The notes under the pieces are model-generated. The model saw nothing but the letters and a program-made list of their open reading frames with translations. It searched no databases and had not been told where the DNA came from. This document shows, piece after piece, positions 56,801 to 64,000 of a stretch of DNA of 64,000 nucleotides. The stretch's first letter is position 1. Every line of letters begins with the position of its first letter. The stretch covers positions 64,001 to 128,000 of the forward strand of contig JBHLMN010000008.1 of NCBI GenBank assembly GCA_048938105.1, in the 5' to 3' direction. The DNA comes from Promethearchaeota archaeon (lineage in GTDB: Archaea > Asgardarchaeota > Heimdallarchaeia > Hodarchaeales > Hodarchaeaceae). Both the position numbers and the translations under genes were made by a program.

Positions 56801-59683
56801 ATGGAATTCATGAGACACAAAAAATTACAATTTATTTTTGCTATAATGCTTTTAATAGTAATCTTTCAAGGTAATAGTCAGGAACTTAAGTCTGGACTCG
56901 AAGAGGAAATTAACATTCAAAACAGAAGTTGTCTAGAGCATACCCCCCTTAGTTATGAATCTCATAAGGATGGGAGAAATCAACAAAAGGAAGATAATAT
57001 CAAGCAGCAAACCACCGATGGGATTCAAAGGGGGATTGTAGATCTATGTTTTCCAACATTCTCACAGCCCTCAACTAAAATATCCTCTATCTCAAGCGTT
57101 GTATCATATGTTAGCCATAATACCATTTATATAGATGATAACACAGATTTTGGCCCCTTAGGATATAACTTTACTGGTACTGGAACTTATCATGACCCGT
57201 ATAGAATCCATGGTTACGATATTACAAACTCTAGTGTAACTTTAATATATATTCGTGATACTACCGTGTATTTTAGAATTTATGACAACCACTTAAACGC
57301 TATTACAAGAGTCAATAATGGAATTGTATTTCACAACGTTACACGGGGCACTATTTATAACAACACCATTCATAATTGTTTTTGGGGTAGTAGGATTGAA
57401 ATTTCCAAGAATAACAGTATTTATGGCAATTATTTTTATGATAATTCCTTAGATGGTTTTTGTATTTATCTATCTTCAAATAACAATATTTCTAGTAATA
57501 TTGTTTATCAGAATGACAGGAATGGAATTCAAGTTGAGACATCCTGTGAGAAACTCACCATTTTCAACAATACTGTATTCAATAATAACAACACTGGAAT
57601 TCATATTGATTCCTCTGATAATAACACAATAATTCTGAATTTTGCTTACGATAATGGCCAGAGTGGCATTCAACTATCTGCTTCTACGTCTTCAGCTCGT
57701 AATAATACTATTTCGGGTAATACATTATTTAGCAATTCTCAAAGAGGATTTACTTCTGTTAATTGTCCCAATAATACCATATCTGATAATTTCATGTATA
57801 ACAACACTTGGCAAGGTATTGGGATATTCTCCGCCTCCCATAGTAATAAAATTGTTAACAATACCGTTTTCTCCCACAATGGGAGTGGAATCTTTGTTAT
57901 CCAATCCAACAATGTCAAAATCTTTAATAATACCGCGTTTAATAATGGGTACAATGCATATCTTAACACAAGTAACATGGCTTCTGGTATCTCCCTTTAT
58001 ATGTTATCAGATGCATTGGTATTTAATAATACATCATACGATTCTTATGATATTGGTTTTGGTGTATGGAATGTGCAAAATACAATACTCTTAAACAACA
58101 TCGTACATGGTAACATAGATGATGGGATTGAAGTATCTGACACTTCATTTAATATTACAATTTCAAACAACACTATCTTTAATAATAACGATAATGGAAT
58201 ATACGTGCTAAACTCTCACAATAACAGTATCACTAAAAATAACGTTAATTCTAACAGTCAGGATGGGATTTTTTTTGAAGATTCAAATTATAATACCATA
58301 TATGATAATGATATATTTTGTAATGGGAACTCCAGCGTCTGTCCCTCAGTATTCGGATCTAACCAGTTAAGGATGTCGATTCAGCGAATCGCTGGAGGGG
58401 GTAACGGGATATTCTTGGATCCATCGAATTATAATAACATTTCTCATAATAGGATTTTCAATAACTCTCAAGATGGCATTGGATTGGAAAATTCTGGTCA
58501 TAATATTATCGAACTCAATGATATTTATGGTAATGGTGCTAAGTATGGAGGGGCACCCCAAAGTATTTCTGACATTTCTTATTCGATTCAGCGAATCGCT
58601 GGAGGGGGTAACGGGATATTCCTGGATCCGTCAAATTACAATACGATTTCCAACAATGAGATTCACAATAACTCTGGGGATGGAATCCGAATCGAGAACT
58701 CCAGTTATAATCTCATTTGGGGTAATATCATTTATAACAATGGAGGCACCAATGGAGGCTCTCCTCGGGGTATTTCTGATATTCGATTTTCTTTTCAGCG
58801 AGTTGCTGGAGGAGGTAATGGGATTTTCTTGGATCCTTGCTATTATCATGAGATATCCAATAATACGATTTTCAATAACAGGAATAACGGTATTTATCTT
58901 TTTGAATCATATGATATCTCCATTTATGCTAATATAGTATTTTATAACGGTTTATATGGAATTTTTATCGACACTGGTTCTTTAGAGAATACTGTGAGTT
59001 GGAATGATTTCATTGGTAACAATTTAGAAGGCACTTCCCAAGCTTATTATGAATCCAGCAATACATTCATCTATAACTATTGGGATGAGTGGACAAGTCC
59101 AGATGTGGAACCCAAGGATGGTTATGTCGATAATCCCTATCCTATTGACGGGGAACTTGATAATTACGACCCATATCCAGCAGCTTCTCCTCAAAATTCC
59201 AGAACACTAGATATTCATTTTATTTCCAGACCAAGAATATACTATCCAAATGGGGGTGAGACAGTCGATGGTACTATCACTGTTGAATGGTCAAAAGCTA
59301 TTGATTCTTGGGACCACTCTCTTTCCTATACACTTTATTACAGCGCGAATGGTGGAGACACATGGAATTGGATAGCTGAAGGGTTGTCCACTCTCCGTCA
59401 TGACTGGAATACCGAAGAAGTGAGTGATGGATCCAATTATCTAATCAAAATAGTTGCGATCTGTGATAAAGGCTTAGAAGTGGAAGATGTGTCTGACGCG
59501 TCATTTACCATTCAAAACGGACCTCCACCAACAACTACAACTTCAACTACTAAATCCACTAAATCAACAGGAGAAACTACAACTCCCACTGTAACTTCAG
59601 GTCCTAGTTGGATTCTTCTTTTCTCCTCTGTTGTCATAGTTGTGGCAATTGAACGGAGAAAAAAACGCAAATCTGGCAAATAA
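56801..59683 (+). CDS. Secreted parallel beta-helix (NosD/CASH-type) surface protein with a C-terminal Ig-like domain and TM anchor
   Basis: Signal peptide, many N..I.NN.I..N...GI repeats, YNYWD, YPNGGE domain, Thr-rich linker, TM helix, RRKKRK. Confidence 0.9.
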   Translation: MEFMRHKKLQFIFAIMLLIVIFQGNSQELKSGLEEEINIQNRSCLEHTPLSYESHKDGRNQQKEDNIKQQTTDGIQRGIVDLCFPTFSQPSTKISSISSVVSYVSHNTIYIDDNTDFGPLGYNFTGTGTYHDPYRIHGYDITNSSVTLIYIRDTTVYFRIYDNHLNAITRVNNGIVFHNVTRGTIYNNTIHNCFWGSRIEISKNNSIYGNYFYDNSLDGFCIYLSSNNNISSNIVYQNDRNGIQVETSCEKLTIFNNTVFNNNNTGIHIDSSDNNTIILNFAYDNGQSGIQLSASTSSARNNTISGNTLFSNSQRGFTSVNCPNNTISDNFMYNNTWQGIGIFSASHSNKIVNNTVFSHNGSGIFVIQSNNVKIFNNTAFNNGYNAYLNTSNMASGISLYMLSDALVFNNTSYDSYDIGFGVWNVQNTILLNNIVHGNIDDGIEVSDTSFNITISNNTIFNNNDNGIYVLNSHNNSITKNNVNSNSQDGIFFEDSNYNTIYDNDIFCNGNSSVCPSVFGSNQLRMSIQRIAGGGNGIFLDPSNYNNISHNRIFNNSQDGIGLENSGHNIIELNDIYGNGAKYGGAPQSISDISYSIQRIAGGGNGIFLDPSNYNTISNNEIHNNSGDGIRIENSSYNLIWGNIIYNNGGTNGGSPRGISDIRFSFQRVAGGGNGIFLDPCYYHEISNNTIFNNRNNGIYLFESYDISIYANIVFYNGLYGIFIDTGSLENTVSWNDFIGNNLEGTSQAYYESSNTFIYNYWDEWTSPDVEPKDGYVDNPYPIDGELDNYDPYPAASPQNSRTLDIHFISRPRIYYPNGGETVDGTITVEWSKAIDSWDHSLSYTLYYSANGGDTWNWIAEGLSTLRHDWNTEEVSDGSNYLIKIVAICDKGLEVEDVSDASFTIQNGPPPTTTTSTTKSTKSTGETTTPTVTSGPSWILLFSSVVIVVAIERRKKRKSGK
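58376..58834 (+). repeat. Three intragenic repeats at a 207-bp (69-aa) period
   Basis: S(I/F)QR(I/V)AGGGNGIFLDP starts at 58376, 58583 and 58790; the first two share 39 identical bp. Confidence 0.9.
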
Positions 59684-59799
59684 CCTTCTCTTCTCTTATT
59701 TTTTAAGATTTTTTTTTCGTCTTGAATTTCTAAATATGTTTAAAAGCTAATTAAGAACTTTTAATCCAAACATTCTGAAATATATGGAGTATTTTAGTT

Positions 59800-61674
59800 T
59801 TGCCTAGTCATGACCCTGCTCAATCCCCTCGTGATGCAACCACGTTAAATGAATCAGAATTTGACATCCCCCAGCTCAAACGAGTAAAGTATCTCATCCA
59901 TAGAGGTAAACTCGATGGAGCCCTGAAAGAACTGATAGAACTAGAAAGAATGAATAAATTCAAGGGTACTGATAAAATAAAAATCCAAATCCATAAAAGT
60001 TTGATTTTCACTCAAATGGGTGATGCGCAGGGTGGATTAAGACTTGCTGATCAAGTAGTTGAAGAAAGCCAGCAGATTGGCGTCATGTCTATTTTATTTG
60101 ATGCCATTAATGCTAGAGCATCTGCATTGTTTGAGTTAGGGGAATTTAATAAGTGTCTTGATGTAATCAAGAGTAGTGAAAAAATCCTAGAGACTTGTAA
60201 GGCTGCAGGTCTTCCAGGATATGAAATAAGAGAATCAAAGTTAAAATTCCTCAAAGGGAAAATCTATCGGAAGAAAGGTGAGTTAGGTACTGCTTTAAAT
60301 TACTTACAAGAATCATTTTCTTTCGTAAATAAATACGGAAACCAATATGAAAAAGCTGATCTTCTGAATGCAATTGGAATAGTTTATGCTTCAAGAAGTG
60401 AAAATGATTCTGCACTAGAGTACTTAGTGAAAAGCTTAACTTTATTCAATGAACTTGAAAATAAGTCTCAAGTTACAAAATTAACAAATAATATTGGTAT
60501 GCTTTATTGGTTAAAGGGTGAACTTGATCAAGCATTGGAATATTTCCAGCAAAGCCTAGTATTAAGCGAAGAAAGCGGAAATAAACGCTATATTGCCTCT
60601 TTACTCTTAAATATTGGCCTTATTTACCGTCATAAGGGAGAACTAAACTCTGCTTTGTCTAATTTTAAAAAAGGATTGGAAATTTATAGAGAATTGAAGA
60701 GTAAAAGTGAATTGACAACTTTTTACAATAATATAGGGCTTATTCTCATGATGCGGGGAGAGTTAGAGGAAGCTTCGGAATATTTTCAGAAAGGTTTCGA
60801 AATCTCAAAAGAACTTGAAGATAAGCAAGAATTGGCTACTTGCCTAAATAATATAGGAAATATTCACCAAGTCAAAGGGGATATGAAAAAGGCAATATTG
60901 CGTTATAAAGAAAGTTTATCATTGTATGAGGAGATTGGTAGTAACATCAATACTTGTAGAATGCTTTATCTTTTAATATTGTCTCTCGTAATTGAAGGGT
61001 CAATGAAAGAAGCGGATCTTTATTTAAAGAAGTTGCAAAAAATAAATGAAAAAGAAGATAATAAAATTATAAGTCAAGCATATCGTTTAGGTAAGGCTAT
61101 ATTGTTAAGAGCAAGTGATAGGATCATCACAAGAGCAGAAGCTCAAAACTTATTCTTTGAAATCACTCAAGAAGAAATTGTAAATTTTGAGTTTTCTTTT
61201 TACTCAGTTATATCTCTTTGTGATTTACTTCTATTGGAACTAAGAATTACCGGTAATGAAGAAGTCCTACAAGAAATTAAAACGATATTGACCCAGTTCC
61301 TGGAAATTGCGGAAAAACAACATACTTATTATTGGCTTATTCAAATCTACTGGATACAATCTAAATTAGCACTCTTAGAGCTTGATATCGAACGATCTCA
61401 ACGATTATTGATTCAGGCTAAAACACTGTCAGAGGAAAAAGGTTTACAGATGTTAACAACACAAATCTCTAGTGAATATGAAGCGTTGATTACTCAAATA
61501 GGTAAATGGGAAGAAATTTTTGATAAAGAGCCTTCAATGAACGAAATCATTGAACTAACTCAGCTGGAAGATTTACTTGAGCGAATGATCCACAGTAGAA
61601 TATATCGTAGAGAAGCAGAAGTAATGGCATATGCAGAAAAAGCCAAGGTATTAATTCAGAAGTGGGAAGGATAA
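59800..61674 (+). CDS. Tetratricopeptide-repeat protein
   Basis: Repeated (L/N)NNIG.IY..KGEL..AL.YF..SL units at about 40-aa spacing. Confidence 0.92.
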   Translation: MPSHDPAQSPRDATTLNESEFDIPQLKRVKYLIHRGKLDGALKELIELERMNKFKGTDKIKIQIHKSLIFTQMGDAQGGLRLADQVVEESQQIGVMSILFDAINARASALFELGEFNKCLDVIKSSEKILETCKAAGLPGYEIRESKLKFLKGKIYRKKGELGTALNYLQESFSFVNKYGNQYEKADLLNAIGIVYASRSENDSALEYLVKSLTLFNELENKSQVTKLTNNIGMLYWLKGELDQALEYFQQSLVLSEESGNKRYIASLLLNIGLIYRHKGELNSALSNFKKGLEIYRELKSKSELTTFYNNIGLILMMRGELEEASEYFQKGFEISKELEDKQELATCLNNIGNIHQVKGDMKKAILRYKESLSLYEEIGSNINTCRMLYLLILSLVIEGSMKEADLYLKKLQKINEKEDNKIISQAYRLGKAILLRASDRIITRAEAQNLFFEITQEEIVNFEFSFYSVISLCDLLLLELRITGNEEVLQEIKTILTQFLEIAEKQHTYYWLIQIYWIQSKLALLELDIERSQRLLIQAKTLSEEKGLQMLTTQISSEYEALITQIGKWEEIFDKEPSMNEIIELTQLEDLLERMIHSRIYRREAEVMAYAEKAKVLIQKWEG

Positions 61675-61804
61675 AAGAAAGAGATGTGAGAATAAATTCA
61701 TTGTTTGTACAAGAGAAATAATTTTTAAGAATCTCAATTATTTTTATAATGATTAGAGGTCTAAATTCTCACACTACCTTAAAAAGGTTAAAGGAAATCA
61801 TTAA

Positions 61805-63550
61805 TTGAACATACTAGATAAACAATTAAATGAAGAAGTTTTTTTAATGAAAGACCCAGCAATGGATGAAGAATGTAAGAAAAGGTATAATGAACTACTT
61901 CCCCGAATGTTTGATTATGTGGATCTCTACGCGAAAGAAAAGGGTTCAGATCTGGCACTCATCGAATATGACACTGGAGAAGAGATCACTTGGAAAGATT
62001 TTGCAACAAAATCAAAAGCGTTTTCTGCAAAACTATTGTCTATTGGTATGAAAAAGGGAGATATTATCGCCACCTCACTTCCATTATTAAAAGAAAATGT
62101 ATATTTGATGTACGCCTGCTATCGCATTGGAGTGATTATTGCACCCTTGGATCTGAGATTAAAAGCTCAGGAAATCAATCGAAATTTTGAAAAAATTAAG
62201 CCCAAAGTATATTTCTTCTTAGGGAAGACTGAGCGAGCAGATTTCCGACCAATGATTGCTGAAGTTATGAAAAATCATAAAGATTCCTGTAAATATTGGG
62301 TACAATTTCAAAAAGAAGAAGATCTTATTATGGATGGTGCTATCGGCATTACTGAATTTATCAAGGGTATTAAGGGAACATACATCAAAGCACTAATAAC
62401 AGGGAAGGTGAAAAAAGCGCAGAAACAAGTGGATAAACATGATCCTTGTTTGATTATCTTCACTACTGGTTCAACTGGATTTCCTAAGCCTGCGCTGCTT
62501 TCCCATTATAACATTCTAGTTCAAAATATTGGTCTTGCTGTTGGCTTTGGTATGGACGAAAAGGACATCATGTGTGTTAATCTTCCTCCAAGTCATGTTG
62601 GATGTACCACTGAGCAGTTAGCAACAACAATTTATAGTGGAGGCACTAGTGTGATCCTCCACATCTTTGATGCTGAAAAAACATTAGATGCTATCCAGAA
62701 ATACAGGATTACTGTGCTTGGCCAGATCCCTGCACTTTATGCGATGCAGTGGCGGCTCCCAAATTACAACGAGTATGATTTATCATCGTTACGCTTTGCA
62801 ATCTATGGTGGTCAGGCTGTTACTCGACCATTCCTTGAAAAATTAGCAACCATGGCCCCTGAAATGGGATCAGGATTTGGATTAACTGAAGGCGCTGGTT
62901 TTCTTACATATACTCCTCATGGTGGAACAGTTGATGATATTTTAGCCAGTATTGGTTATGACATTCCTATCAGTCCTATCTCAATTAGAGACCCTATGAA
63001 ATCAGATGGGTCAGTGGGTGATGAGAAAAATCCAGGCGAAGTTGGAGAGATCTGCTTCTCGGGTCCTCAGGTGTTTCTTGGGTATTATGGTGATGAAGAG
63101 AACACTAAAAAAGTTATTTCCACTGATAAAATCTGTTATTCGGGGGATCTAGGGTCTTACGACGATACAGGACTTCATTTTGCTGGTCGTGCCAAGTTTA
63201 TCATTAAACCTAAAGGCTATAATGTATTTCCGACCGAAGTCGAAGATTTTATTGAGCAGTCATTCAAAGGGAAAGTTGGTACTGTGGCCTGCGTTGGAAT
63301 TCCCCATGAAGTTTTTACTGAAGGAATTATGGCTTTTGTAGAGAAGGTTGAAGGACAAGAACTCACAATAACAGAGCTAGAAGAAATGATGAAGGAAATA
63401 GCAGCGTATAAGCGTCCAAGTCACTTTGAAATATTAAAGACAGGAGAAATCCCTCTTACTCGTGTTGGTAAAACAGATTATATGATTTTAAGACAGCGAG
63501 GCGAAGAAATCGCTCAAAAGCTGAGATCTGAAGGAAAATGGGATTCATAA
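61805..63550 (+). CDS. Acyl-CoA synthetase / AMP-binding enzyme; start probably the ATG at 61847
   Basis: FTTGSTGFPK, GFGLTEG, GEICFSGP, SGDLG, GYNVFPTEVE, TRVGK. Confidence 0.92.
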   Translation: MNILDKQLNEEVFLMKDPAMDEECKKRYNELLPRMFDYVDLYAKEKGSDLALIEYDTGEEITWKDFATKSKAFSAKLLSIGMKKGDIIATSLPLLKENVYLMYACYRIGVIIAPLDLRLKAQEINRNFEKIKPKVYFFLGKTERADFRPMIAEVMKNHKDSCKYWVQFQKEEDLIMDGAIGITEFIKGIKGTYIKALITGKVKKAQKQVDKHDPCLIIFTTGSTGFPKPALLSHYNILVQNIGLAVGFGMDEKDIMCVNLPPSHVGCTTEQLATTIYSGGTSVILHIFDAEKTLDAIQKYRITVLGQIPALYAMQWRLPNYNEYDLSSLRFAIYGGQAVTRPFLEKLATMAPEMGSGFGLTEGAGFLTYTPHGGTVDDILASIGYDIPISPISIRDPMKSDGSVGDEKNPGEVGEICFSGPQVFLGYYGDEENTKKVISTDKICYSGDLGSYDDTGLHFAGRAKFIIKPKGYNVFPTEVEDFIEQSFKGKVGTVACVGIPHEVFTEGIMAFVEKVEGQELTITELEEMMKEIAAYKRPSHFEILKTGEIPLTRVGKTDYMILRQRGEEIAQKLRSEGKWDS

Positions 63551-63715
63551 TCATGTGACAAGATTAGTATCTAGTAATTCATTCTTCGGTCTTTTTTCCT
63601 GTTAAAAGGGAAAAAATTGTATTTATTATCAGAAAAGATTTGTTGGAATCAATAATATTATTATGCATTAATAAAATCGGTCTTGTGGGGATAACCTAAC
63701 GTATAGTGGTAAATT

Positions 63716-64000
63716 ATGACCCCTGACATACTTTTGTCCAATGATGATGGAATTTATTCCAGTGGAATTCGTGCTTTTGCTCGTGCTATTCACAAACATA
63801 ACTGGGATGTCACTATTATAGCTCCCCGTACTCAGCGCTCAGCAGAAGGGAAAGCAATTACTTTTGATCAACCAGTGAGAATGCAAGAGGTTCCTCTGTC
63901 TTATCTCGATGGCAAAACAGGTTGGCGGACTACTGGAACCCCTGCGGATGCTGTGATTCATGGAGTCTATCAACGGGCTAACGGGGGAAAACCTCCTTTT
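63716..64000 (+). CDS. surE: 5'/3'-nucleotidase SurE (partial; runs off the window end)
   Basis: Not in the ORF track. Reads MTPDILLSNDDGIYSSGI...IAPRTQRSAEGKAIT...TGTPADAV. Confidence 0.92.
   Translation, partial: MTPDILLSNDDGIYSSGIRAFARAIHKHNWDVTIIAPRTQRSAEGKAITFDQPVRMQEVPLSYLDGKTGWRTTGTPADAVIHGVYQRANGGKPPF

Noticed and set aside
58376-58834. CRISPR array or diversity-generating-retroelement repeats
   Set aside because: The repeats are in-frame coding units at a 207-bp period; there are no spacers, cas genes or reverse transcriptase in the window.
1428-62190. Many short ORFs overlapping longer genes (e.g. 1428-1847, 2861-3496, 40618-40995, 57642-58094)
   Set aside because: Antisense or off-frame shadows of well-supported genes, with no motifs of their own.

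Overview
Gene-dense, AT-rich archaeal chromosomal segment. It is most likely from an Asgard archaeon (Heimdallarchaeia/Hodarchaeales-like); this is inferred from a PCI-domain protein, a longin-like domain fused to an MFS carrier, Thr-rich/TM/basic-tail surface proteins and many TTG/GTG starts. It carries two molybdenum-hydroxylase (xanthine dehydrogenase family) clusters with XdhC, MocA and a MoaD-like carrier, flanking two 7TM histidine kinases. Also present: allantoinase-like, hydantoin racemase and M20 hydrolase genes (a purine/N-heterocycle catabolism theme), 4-hydroxybutyryl-CoA dehydratase, a sirtuin, acyl-CoA enzymes, transporters and regulators. Three small gene remnants and several operator-like palindromes lie in intergenic gaps. 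I saw no rRNA, tRNA, CRISPR array or transposase. Top leads: (1) a P2-scaffold P-type ATPase whose TM4 PEGLP motif is replaced by a flippase-like PINIP and whose TM6/TM8 cation ligands are lost, next to lipid-modifying genes; (2) an MFS-longin fusion; (3) a MoaD/ubiquitin-like protein with a C-terminal extension masking its Gly-Gly; (4) a surface WD40/class C serine hydrolase with a divergent regulator and a 32-bp palindrome. All family calls are motif recognition by eye; no searches were run.
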